From the NCBI RefSeq assembly GCF_001194135.2, contig NC_068991.1, forward strand, positions 65,220,907 through 65,284,906: a DNA stretch of 64,000 nucleotides, read 5' to 3'. The notes beneath the pieces are model-generated. The model was not told the origin of the DNA. It saw only the letters and a program-made list of their open reading frames with translations, and did not search any database. Positions 40,999 to 52,210 of this stretch are shown here, piece after piece (the first letter of the stretch is position 1; each line of letters begins with the position of its first letter). The stretch comes from Octopus bimaculoides (taxonomy: Eukaryota). A program made the position numbers and the translations under genes.

Positions 40999-41349
40999 AG
41001 TGCATTGAATCAAGTGACCTGGTCAATTCAATTAGCCACAAGTCATAGGGTTGACCAAAACTTGTTCATCTACTTTCTGCCACCCTTCAACCACTTGGCT
41101 TCTCTTAATGTTGACAGCAGTATTAAGTCTGTCAATGGCTTCACAACTCGCCCAGGCGTATTTCGCATAAATAAGAAAAATAATGAAATAAACTTCGCTT
41201 CTTTCTCTTCGGTTGAAGTTTTAAAACTGTTTATTTCATATCTGACATCTTGAGACTTCGTTTTCGGAGGGATTATGTTTGCGTGGTTCCTTTTTCCCTC
41301 ATTAGCGAGTACCAGTGGAAATCATAAACAAGACAGTGGCGAAGAGGCC
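40999..41349 (-). other. Candidate 5' UTR portion of the MAPKBP1 start exon
   Basis: Strong minus-strand acceptor CCCTTTCTCTCATTGCAG|G, with AG at 41351-41350. The boundary is inferred from the splice signal only. Confidence 0.45.
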
Positions 41350-41804
41350 CTGCAATGAGAGAAAGGGAGCTGTGTAGTCATTTATTTATTGTACACACGG
41401 TTGCCCTCCTCTTTTTCTTCTTCTTCTTACTGTTCAAAGTCGGCGGTGGTGCAGATGATACTGCCATTATTCAAACGTTTAAATAGCCTTCTTACTTATT
41501 TCACTTCCCCCATACATGAGTGTGTCTTTTAGGTTTCTTCACCTTTTCTTTTTTTTTTTTTTTGCTTTCCTGCTTGTCTGTTGGCAAAACAACAACAGAA
41601 TTAGAGAGGCGGGGGTTAGATTAAACTAACACTATGTGCGTATTTACGTGCACCCGTGCCTCTCAGTAGAGACACATGGAAGAGAGAGAGTGTATATAAA
41701 ACACATATTGCTGTCTCGTGCTGCTCTGTGTATATATCTGTGTGTGTGTGTGTACGTAAATGCGATTAGAGAGAGGGGGAGGTAAAGCAACGCTAACACC
41801 TTAC

Positions 41805-41990
41805 CTCTCCTCCTCCTTCTTTACATACCGTACACGGCGACCGACTGCTTTAACGAACGAAAGATTTCATTGGTTTCGCAGTTTGACTCGCTTTCTTTCA
41901 CTATTCCACATGTGTCTGTCTTTTCTAAAAGTCTGCTACAGAATGGAGAGATTTCTCATCAGACATAAGAAAAATCGATACTAAATTGAC
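41805..41990 (-). other. Candidate non-coding first exon / TSS region of MAPKBP1
   Basis: Minus-strand donor GGAGAG|GTAAGG at 41805/41804 in CpG-rich unique sequence. The upstream boundary is unknown. Confidence 0.3.
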
Positions 41991-42029
41991 AACACCTATC
42001 TGTTGAGGGTATCTTCGGGATAGAATCGG

Positions 42030-42330
42030 TGTATTCACATACGCACACACACACATTGTAATTCTAAAGTATAGACTCGAAAATACTCGTCAAATTTGTA
42101 TGTTTTAAGCATTAGAATTCATGATTCTGCAAAAAAAATGTTTTCCGAAATTCGAATTTTTGGAAACCGATTCCATGTATTCACACGCACACTCACACGC
42201 ATATGATAATCCTGTAGAATAGAGTCGGAAATGCTCTATTCCACCAGAGACCGTAATTTTTTTGAATTTGAGTTAGAGTTAATGATTCTGCAAAAACTAA
42301 AATTTTCGCGAAAATTAAAATTTTTTCTCA
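42030..42330. repeat. Degenerate tandem repeat of ~140-150 bp (about 2 units)
   Basis: GTATTCACA…ATAGA(C/G)TCG(A/G)AAAT…ATGATTCTGCAAAAA occurs twice in the same order. Confidence 0.5.
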
Positions 42331-44659
42331 TTCACATCCTCTCCCGCTTTCCCTAATTTTTCATTTTTGACCTGCGAAAAAAAATTCCGATCTATGTTTA
42401 AAACATGATTCTACCCTCGCCAAAAAAAAAAAAACTAAAAATAAAATTTGAAAAAAATAAAAACAATTTCATTTTTCCCAATTTTTGTTTTCTTCTCTTT
42501 TTCATAACTTTTTGGGCTTTTTTTGTGGGGTGGGGTACTTCTTTTTCGTAATATTTTTCCGATCTACTAAACATCAAAGATTATGATTATGGAAAAATTA
42601 AATTTTCGCAATTTCAATTATCTGGCGGAGTTTCGTTTCGAATTTTTTTCTTTTCTTTTTCTCATCTTTCACAGAGGTGTAAAAAGAGGCAAAATANNNN
42701 NNNNNNNNNNNNNNNNNNNNNNNNNNNNNNNNNNNNNNNNNNNNNNNNNNNNNNNNNNNNNNNNNNNNNNNNNNNNNNNNNNNNNNNNNNNNNNNNNNNN
42801 NNNNNNNNNNNNNNNNNNNNNNNNNNNNNNNNNNNNNNNNNNNNNNNNNNNNNNNNNNNNNNNNNNNNNNNNNNNNNNNNNNNNNNNNNNNNNNNNNNNN
42901 NNNNNNNNNNNNNNNNNNNNNNNNNNNNNNNNNNNNNNNNNNNNNNNNNNNNNNNNNNNNNNNNNNNNNNNNNNNNNNNNNNNNNNNNNNNNNNNNNNNN
43001 NNNNNNNNNNNNNNNNNNNNNNNNNNNNNNNNNNNNNNNNNNNNNNNNNNNNNNNNNNNNNNNNNNNNNNNNNNNNNNNNNNNNNNNNNNNNNNNNNNNN
43101 NNNNNNNNNNNNNNNNNNNNNNNNNNNNNNNNNNGATTTTTAAATTTTTAAAAGAAATACCTGACAACTGCTATTTTAAAGAGTTGTCCACCTCTACTTT
43201 TCAAACGTCTATCGTTTAATATAACAGCGTTCTGTCGCTAATATTTATTGTAGGTGGAGATGGCTTTTGCGACAGAAAAAAAGTAAAAAAAAGAAGCGGT
43301 AATGGCGGCGGTGGCGGTGGTGGTGGTGGTGGTGGTGGCTAAAGCGATACAGAATAGAGGGATAGAACAGCTGACGCATGATTAAGACAGTGTGAGAAGA
43401 AGAAGAAGATGCAAATTGTGGTAATGGAAATAGTAATGATGATGATGATGAATGACAACGATGAAAATGAATTGCTTAATAGAGAAAACAAGAGATAAAG
43501 ACAAATAATGAACAATTTTAAAAAGAATGGTCGACAGAACGGGAAGATGGGGAGATTCCAAAAGAGAAGTGTGAAGGCTGAGTGTATGACAGATAATTTG
43601 GTGAGAGAAAGAGAGAGGGGACAGGGGAGGAAGAGGAGGGGTGGAGGAGAAAGAGGGATGGGGGAGGAAGACGGAGAATAAAAGACGGAGAGAGAAAAAA
43701 ATGTAACAAACATGTCACTTGTCCGTCATTTACGATGTGTGTGTGTGTGTGTGTGTGTGACACAGTGCGTATGTATTTGTGTGTTGCGTACGTGCATATT
43801 TGTGAGTAAGAGACAGACAGGTAAATAAATGAATAAAACAACAAAATAAAAAAGAAAAGTGAAAAAGAAAGGCTGATTGAAAAGAAATGAAAAAAGTATT
43901 GCGTAAGATTTTATTCAAAAGATTATACTGTTGAAATAAACTGACGGCGTCTTTTTCTTTGTGATCGTGTGGTGGTGGAGGATGTTCTGAACATTTCCTA
44001 TAAAACTTTAAACTTCTTGTATTCGAAGTTTAAATACAGTGAACAAGGCCGGCAAAAGTCGATTAAATCGACTGCAATGCTCAACTGGTACTTATTTTAT
44101 CGATCTCGAAAGGATGAAAGGCAAAGTCGACCTCCGTTGCATTTGAACTAAGAACGTAAATGCCGCTAAGCGTTTTGTCCGGCGCGGTAACGATTCTGCC
44201 ATTTCACCGCCTTCTGTGAACTTCGGATATTGAAAAAGAATTGATGGATCGCATGCGCACGCACACACGTACACACATATATCACAGATCCCTATGGATC
44301 ACACAGGTTGTAATCCTTTGAAACATATGTTTAAATATACTCAAATACCCAAAATTTCAAGGAGTTCCTGCCTTAAAAACAGGAACTACAACACAGTTAT
44401 TTTGTGTTCTTTGCTACATTGGTTTCTATTAACCCATTTATTCTATCCGAAGAATTTTTATTCATTAAGATAGAAGAAATACATATAATTAAATATATAC
44501 ATACATATGTATATATGTGCGTACATATTCTCAACAACGAGGATTGCATGTTGTTGAATTTTATAAGAATTTTATAAACTTTCGAGAACCGAAATAATTC
44601 CTTATTGAAAGTGGATCTCGAAGTACATAAAGCAATAAATGATAACTTGTAAAGTTTTT

Positions 44660-44945
44660 TTTATTTCTTTACTGCCCACAAAGGGGATACACACGGAGGG
44701 GACAAACAAGGACAGACAAACGGATTAAGTCGATTATATCGACCCCAGTGAGTAACTGGTACTTATTTAATCGACCCCGAAAGGATGAAAGGCAAAGTCG
44801 ACCTTGGCGGAATTTGAACCCATAACGTAAAGACAGACGAAATACCGCTAAGCATTTCGTCCGTCGTGCTAACGTTTCTTATTTCTTTATTGCCCACAAG
44901 GGGCTAAACATAGAGGGGACAAACAAGGACAGACAAAGGGATTAA
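44660..44945 (-). mobile_element. SINE family B, tandem double copy
   Basis: ATCGACCCCGAAAGGATGAAAGGCAAAGTCGACC core with a duplicated GGACAAACAAGGACAGACAAA tail. A further copy lies at ~44050-44215. Confidence 0.85.
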
Positions 44946-45269
44946 GAAATACGAGACTAGAAAAACAGCCAACAACTGATGAAAGGTTGTTCCGTTTGTC
45001 GTTTGTTTTGTTTTCCATTTCTGTCTTTCGTTGTTCGAAGAAATAGTTCTTGTTCCATGTACTCGTGCTTCGTATTTTTTTGTTGTACACGTTTCATGAC
45101 GTCCAGTGTCCCCACATATGCACATATATATTATTATACGTGTAGATGTGGATTAAAACAGTGTGATTCAAACTCCTTGGTACTCTGGCCGAAAACTAGC
45201 GACACGTTTGAGACTCAGAATACTAAGGAAATTGAATCAAGCTATTTTGATCCATACATGTATAGTAAC

Positions 45270-45360
45270 GCCGTGCGCATGCGTAGTCTCACGCATGCGT
45301 GGAATTCAACATCCAAGCGTTCCCGCTTTATTCTTTCTCTTTCTCGCCTGGCCAGCGATT
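45270..45360. promoter_or_regulatory. Candidate NRF1-type element (paired GCGCATGCG palindromes)
   Basis: TGCGCATGCG at 45274-45283 and ACGCATGCGT at 45291-45300 in non-repetitive CpG-rich DNA. Confidence 0.35.
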
Positions 45361-46155
45361 GAGCATGGACGTGTCAAAGCCTTCTCTCCATCTTTCGAAC
45401 TCACGCTAGACAGCTCACATCAACATACCAACGTCCCAACAACCATGTTCTCACACACAGAAGGCGTCTCAACAACCAAGAGTAAAGCTGCATATTTTCC
45501 ACCATAAATAAATATTGTTATGTTGATAGTTTGGAGTTCTGCGTTCCGTTCATTCTAATTTAATATAGGAAAGCAGGTGTACATCTATTGATGTATAACC
45601 CACTTTCCTATACATGTAACTCCCAATCGAAGGATTGGTTTAGCCCAATGGTAGAACGCCTGTCATTTACATGCGATGTGAGTTCGAGACCTACGGGTAA
45701 CCTTCGACTTTTTCCAGCCAAAAGGTTTCTCAGCCCATTATTTATAACTTTATGTTCTTCGAGATTTACGGTTCCAAAAAAAATTATATATATACGACTC
45801 AAGCAATCAAAAGAGAGGGCTTCCAATAAATTAGGCATCTACTGGAGATCCCTCAGTCGACTTAGGAATCGCTTAGGTTTTAAAAAGAAATAGAGAAATG
45901 AAAAGAACATTCCACTCATATTAAACAACCGCACAGTTGCTTTTGCCAGATAAATTCGTTCGTTTCTTTTTTTTTCTTTTTTTTTGTTTAATGGAAGATG
46001 AAGACTAATTCTATCTTCACTGCCCTTGTCAGACGAAGTCTACGGGTTAAGAGGCGAAATACCTGTGATCCTGAGATACCTGCTGATGAAATGAAAATGC
46101 TTCCAACATTGCGATAGATTTAAAAGAAGAGCTGTCAAAACCCCAGAGTAACTCC

Positions 46156-46495
46156 TACAGTTTTGTGTTGGGCAAAGCATCTCCGATGTTTATTTCACCT
46201 ATAATCCATATTTTTCATCAACAATTTTAACAAATCAGTCCAATGATATATTCTCCTTCATTATTTACTACTTCTTGCCAACGTTCCACTTGCGTGTCAA
46301 TACCTTAACGGTAGAAATCACAGGGTCTGACTCGAAGAATTCAACGTACCATGTTTTCAGTTCCATGTCTTTGGTGAACGAAACGCCTCTCAGGCTATAT
46401 TGGAGAGCGACCGGAATAGGTGGGAATCTGAAGGTGCTATATCAGGAGAATACGGTGAGTGCGGCAGAACTTACCAACTGAATACCATTTTTGGT
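46156..46495 (-). mobile_element. Mariner (Tc1/mariner) transposase C-terminal remnant
   Basis: HSPYSPDIAPSDSHLFRSL (YSPDLAP motif), then frameshifted …KTWYVEFFES…FYR*GIDTQVERWQEVVNNEGEYII. Possible TIR-like end TACAG… at 46156. The 5' side is interrupted by SINE B. Confidence 0.85.
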
Positions 46496-46512
46496 CAAAT
46501 TAGCGACGTGGG

Positions 46513-46900
46513 AAGGCGGCGAGCTGGCAGAAACGTTAGCACGCCGGGCGAAATGCTTAGCAATATTTCGTCTGCCATTACGTTCTAAGTTCAAATTCCG
46601 CCGAGGTCGACTTTGCCTTACATCATTTCGGGGTCGATAAATAAAGTACCAATTACACACTGGGGTCGATGTAATCGACTTAATCCCTTTGTCTGTCCTT
46701 GTTTGCCCCCTCTATGTTTAGCCCCTTGTAGGCAATAAAGAAATAAGAAACATTAGCACGCCGGGCGAAATGCTTAGCGGTATTTCGTCTGCCGTTACAT
46801 TCTGAGTTCAAATTCCGCCAATGTCGACTTTGCCTTTCATCCTTTCGGGGTCAATAAATTAAGTACCCGTTGCGTACTGGATTTGATCTAATCGACTGGT
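46513..46900 (+). mobile_element. SINE family B, tandem double copy
   Basis: Two consecutive GAAACG/ATTAGCACGCCGGGCGAAATGCTTAGC…GTCGACTTTGCC units. CpGs intact. More copies at ~47765-47940 (+), ~53580-54050 (-) and ~63255-63460 (+). Confidence 0.85.
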
Positions 46901-48244
46901 CTAATCGGTTTCCAAGGCATATTGGTTTCGCGAGTCATTGTACAATGCCAAATCATGGAAATTGCGGGCAATACTTTTTAAATGATATACAATGTAAATG
47001 ACTAACAAAATTTGAACAATCTTTTATTGAAATGGGGAAAATACGACTATCGTGTACGCGCGTCTGTGTCCCTTTTTATGCTTACACTGATATAAGAAAC
47101 GTTATTGGTTACTTTTGTCACTTTGCTTCAATAGATTAGCAGTTAGAAAATAGTCACCTAATGCATCACAGCATAATACTAATATGAATCGATCTTTGAA
47201 CACTTTGAATTCGCTCGCCGTTTTTCTATCCCTGATGAATATATGTACATCATTCATGCATGGGTGTGTGAATGGATACATACATACATACATACATAAA
47301 TGCATGCATACATATATACGCATGCGCGCGCGCGCACACACTCACACACACACACACACACACATACATTGCCATTTTGCTCCAACTAGACCGGTTTGAT
47401 CAGATCACCATTAAATATTTATTTTCTTCGCCTTTGGTACACTTTCGCTATGCAAATCTAATATTATGTAGGAAGCTTTTATATAAAAACTTTTCAAGCT
47501 ATTCCTTACTGCCTGAATTCCAGATTATAGTTCGTTGGATATTTTATTTATAACGCTGATTTAATTAAAGATCGTTGCTATAGATAATACATCGGGTTTT
47601 ATAATGCTACTCCGTATGTATTATATTAGTTTGAGCTGCGGTTATACTGTCGCTGATTTTTCTTTGTATCTCTTAATTGTTCCAACAGTCGCCTCGTTTA
47701 CTATTAATCTGTTACGCAGTTTCTGTCGAACCGTTTGCATTTTAAAGCTGATTTTATATTTTTATTTTCCTTAGGCGACGAGCTAACAGAAATGCTTAGA
47801 AAATGCTTAGCGACATTTCGTCTGTTCTTACCTTCTGAGTTCAAATGCTGCCGAGGTCGACTTTGTCTTTCATCGTTTTGGGGTCGTTATAATAAGTACC
47901 AGCTCCCCCGAACTAGCTGTCCTTGTGCCAAAATTTGAAATTAATATTTTCATTTCTAATGAAATCGCCTTTCTTGTTCATTTTTGGTTTAACACTTGAA
48001 ACTATTATTTAGACCTTTGCTTGTCCAAATCATTTTCAAAAACAGGACGATACAATGGGTTTTACAACGTGTAAACAATATAATAACAATTAAAATCAAA
48101 CAATTTAAAACTCCCAATAGGGGAGGCGCATTAAGGGCCTCGTGAAAACCCCCACAAAAGTTACGGGTGCCTGAACAACAGGGAAAGAGCCCTTCTTCTT
48201 TTGCTTGCAGGTGCACGCTCAGAATTGGTCCTTTCACACTGGCC

Positions 48245-48296
<52 letters not shown>

Positions 48297-48464
48297 TATA
48301 GAAAGATGAGTTCTTAACTTTTCCGTAGTGATGGATTACGTCGGCTATGTTTACCTTAGTGATGGAATTTGGCAATCGTATACAAAAGTTAAGAACTCAT
48401 CTTTCTATATATTACATTTCTGCTGAGTTTAACAGTCCTCTCTATAAACTAATAATAATAATAA

Positions 48465-48613
48465 ACTACTGGGTACTGCACACATTCTACGCAAAACACT
48501 TTCAATACAGTAAACATAAGAGCACCACAGCAAACCACAGCACATACCCAAGGCGCACAGAGCTGCGCTCGGTAGTGAAGTGAAAGCGCGTTATAAAAAT
48601 AAAACTACTGAAC

Positions 48614-48666
<53 letters not shown>
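48465..48666 (+). mobile_element. R4/Dong-like non-LTR element, short 3' end within (TAA)n
   Basis: LLGTAHILRKTLSIQ* plus a 3' UTR nearly identical to 50220-50385. (AAT)n flanks both sides. Confidence 0.8.
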
Positions 48667-48667
<1 letters not shown>

Positions 48668-49356
48668 GATTTCTTTATAAACCACAAGGGTTTACATTAA
48701 GAACATTATGGACAGTAGAGGACAAAACAAAGAATTAATAATAGTAATGATCTCTTTTACTATAGGCCTAACATTTTGGCGGAAAGAGGTAGTCCATTAC
48801 GTCGACCTCAGTTCCGNNNNNNNNNNNNNNNNNNNNNNNNNNNNNNNNNNNNNNNNNNNNNNNNNNNNNNNNNNNNNNNNNNNNNNNNNNNNNNNNNNNN
48901 NNNNNNNNNNNNNNNNNNNNNNNNNNNNNNNNNNNNNNNNNNNNNNNNNNNNNNNNNNNNNNNNNNNNNNNNNNNNNNNNNNNNNNNNNNNNNNNNNNNN
49001 NNNNNNNNNNNNNNNNNNNNNNNNNNNNNNNNNNNNNNNNNNNNNNNNNNNNNNNNNNNNNNNNNNNNNNNNNNNNNNNNNNNNNNNNNNNNNNNNNNNN
49101 NNNNNNNNNNNNNNNNNNNNNNNNNNNNNNNNNNNNNNNNNNNNNNNNNNNNNNNNNNNNNNNNNNNNNNNNNNNNNNNNNNNNNNNNNNNNNNNNNNNN
49201 NNNNNNNNNNNNNNNNNNNNNNNNNNNNNNNNNNNNNNNNNNNNNNNNNNNNNNNNNNNNNNNNNNNNNNNNNNNNNNNNNNNNNNNNNNNNNNNNNNNN
49301 NNNNNNNNNNNGCGGCGGTGGTGGTGGCGGTGGCGGCGGCGATGATGATGATGATG

Positions 49357-49985
49357 ATACTCATATAGTAAGTGAATGTAGCATGCTGGCACAGAAAGAA
49401 TACAAGAAAAGACATGACAATCTAGGGAGAGCAATCCACTAGGAGCTATGAAGGAAGCTAGGATTTGAACATGCTGAAAAATGGTATGATTATGAACCTA
49501 GTAAAGTACTAGAATGTAAGAGATACAAGATGTTATAGGACTTTAACAGAGTAATAGAAGCTAGAAGGCCTGATTTATTAGTAGGGGATAAAGAGAATAG
49601 AAAGTACCAGATAATTGACTTCACAGTCCCAAATGATGAAAAAATTAATATGAGAAGTATAGAAAAAATAGCCAAGTACCAGGACCTAGCTATTGAATGA
49701 CAGAGACTATGGAAAGTGGGGGTAAAATGTATCCCAGTAGTTATAGGTGCATTTGACAACTACCCCTAAAGATCTGAACAGATGGATAGAGGAAATAGGC
49801 ATGAAAACCCAGTTTAGGACAGCTCCAGAAAATAGTGTTATTAGGGACAGCTAGGATATTTAGGAGAGTTCTTGGCATCTAAGGTTACTTGCTGGAACTC
49901 AATAGGAGGGTTCTTGGCGTCTAAGGCTACTTGTTGTAGCCTAATGTTAGGATCCTTTTCTTTTCCAACAGTCTAATTTGTTGAG
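49357..49985 (+). mobile_element. R4/Dong-clade retrotransposon C-terminus (zinc knuckle, RHD and RLE endonuclease), decayed
   Basis: HIVSECSMLAQKEYKKRHDNLGRAIH*…RRPDLLVGDKENRKYQIIDFTVPNDEKI…EKIAKYQDLAIE*QRLWKVGVKCIPVVIGA. This carries the PD-(D/E)xK RLE motifs, with several stop codons. Confidence 0.88.
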
Positions 49986-50385
49986 TGTATATGTTTCTAA
50001 TTGATGTATCAATACCAGCAGATGACAACGTTTCCCTAAAAGAAATGGGAAAACTTTCAAAATACAAAGACCTGGAAATAGAGGTAACTCGAATGTGGAA
50101 TCTAAAAACAGAAACAATTCCTATCATAGTAGGTGCCTTAGGCATAATAAAAAAAATATTCAGACAAATACATAACAAAAACACCAGGACTTACAAATAT
50201 ATATAACATACAGAAAATTGCACTACTGGGCACTGCACACATCCTACGCAAAACACTTTCAATACAGTAACCATAAGAGCAACACAGCAAACCACAGCAC
50301 ATACCCAAGGCACACAGAGCTGCGCTCGGTAGTGAAGTGAAAGCACGTTATAAAAATAAAACTACTGAACAATGATAATAATAAT
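49986..50385 (+). mobile_element. Second R4/Dong-like family 3' end (RLE)
   Basis: FLIDVSIPADDNVSLKEMGKLSKYKDLEIEVTRMWNLKTETIPIIVGALG…IQKIALLGTAHILRKTLSIQ*, then an AAT tail. Confidence 0.88.
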
Positions 50386-50625
50386 GTGCATTTGACAACT
50401 ATCCCTAAAGATCTGAACAGATGGATAGAGGAAATAGGCATGAAAACCCAGTTTAGTACAGCTCCAGGAAACAGTGTTATTAGAGACAGCTGAGATACTT
50501 AGGAGGGTTCTTGGCATCTAAAGTTACTTGTTGTAGCCCGATGTTAGGAATTTTTTTCCCAACAATCTAATCTGTTGTGTGTATATGAAAATAATAACAA
50601 CAACAACAACAATAATAATAATAAT
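50386..50625 (+). mobile_element. Second copy of the 3' end of the 49357-49985 family
   Basis: Repeats 49748-49985 with several substitutions and ends in AAC/AAT repeats. Confidence 0.8.
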
Positions 50626-51114
50626 TTTTTAGGGGGAGGGGTTAGTCGATTACATCTACTCCAATGCTCAAGTGGTACATATTTCATCGACTCCGACATT
50701 TGGAAGTAAAGCCGAAAGAAATACCGCTAAGCATTTTTATCCGACGATCTAACGATTCTTTATTAACCCCTAAGGGTTCACAAAGACTGGGGACGGGACA
50801 GGACGATACAGTGAGGATTACATAAAGGATCAAGTAAAAAAGAACAGTAACAATAAATTGCAGCAAAAATAAGATAACAACTGCTAAGTTTTCTTCTGCT
50901 CGTTTCCAGTCATCAATTTTTATCTGGTTAAATATATTCGTGAACTTGGCAAAAAGAACAAAAGCTTATCTCTTGTCTCTTGTCAGTAATAACATTAAAA
51001 GAAAATTAAATACACTGATTTGCAAATATTTATTTGGATTCGAATTCTTTTGCTAAACTCTCTCTCTCTCTCCCCTTCTCTCTCTCTTTCTCTCTGTCTG
51101 TCTGTCTGTCTGTC

Positions 51115-51149
<35 letters not shown>

Positions 51150-51859
51150 GCGTGCGTGCTGTGTGTGTGTGTGTGTGTGTGTGAATTATATTGAAACTGA
51201 TTTACAAGCGAAAATGCCGGATGAATAATAGACTGACGACGAAACCTCACAAAATTTGATGACTGTACAATATATATCCGCAAGTCGTCTGAAGCGAATT
51301 TTCCTGATTCAATTTCTGTTTTCTTTTTCATTCTTTTAAATATATTTTTTAAACGATGAAATTTCATTTTCTTCTATTAAAGTTACTCGAATACTTGTGT
51401 GAAACCAAAACTGCATTTTATTCAATTAAAATTGCTGAGATACCATAATGGAGTTGTATTTCATAAAGGAGTGCCTTGATCTGAGGTGGTGTGTGGAAAC
51501 TGAAACATTTATATCATGGAGGAGTGAAGATGGCCATTTAAAATATACACCATTATATATTCACTTATGCTTTGTACTAGCAGTATATACATGCGTATAT
51601 ACGCATGTTTGTGTGCGTGTGTAAATGTATGCGTGTGTGCGTATGTGCACGTGTGTAGAGAGAGCGAGGGGTAGAGAGAGTTGTAATGATGAAATAGTGA
51701 TATTTTGAAATCATTTAATACGTACATTTTAGGTTTGCGTAATATATATGAAATGCATCCATTACGTAAACCTTTCTCAGTTAAAGCGCTTCAATATATG
51801 TATATGGCAGAAAAATTTTTATATTTCTAATTTTAAAATAAACAACCTTAAATTAAAAA

Positions 51860-52210
51860 TGGCTCTGTGGTAAGAAGCTTGCTTCCCAATCATATGGCAC
51901 CTTGGGTGAATGTCTTCTTCTATAGCTTTGGGCCGACCAAAGCATTGTGAATGGATTTGGTAGACGGAAACTGAAAGAAGCCCGTCATATGTGTGTGTGT
52001 GTGTGTGTGTGTGATCCACCGCTGCTTGATAACGGGTGTCGGTTTGTTTACGTCCTCGTGACTTAGCGGCTCGGTAAAAAGAGACGAATAAAATAACTGC
52101 CTAGTTTCAAAAAAATAAGTTCTGGAGTCTATTCTTTCGACTAAAAACTCTTCAAGGCGGTACCCAACAAGTTCCTCAGTCTGATGACTGAAATAAGTAA
52201 AAGATAAGAA
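51860..52210 (+). mobile_element. SINE family A
   Basis: Head, GT microsatellite and tail match the other copies. Confidence 0.8.

Noticed and set aside
44950-45000. CTGATGA as a hammerhead core (also 54812-54818 minus, and 46083)
   Set aside because: No stem II followed by GAAA in the right geometry in these copies.
45632-45700. tRNA gene
   Set aside because: A- and B-box-like motifs are present, but I could not form acceptor and anticodon stems. More likely a decayed SINE head.
46025-46075. CAGACGA-A-GTCT…AGGC-GAAA hammerhead-like string
   Set aside because: U4 is replaced by A, and no stem I or palindromic stem III is found. At best a dead relic.
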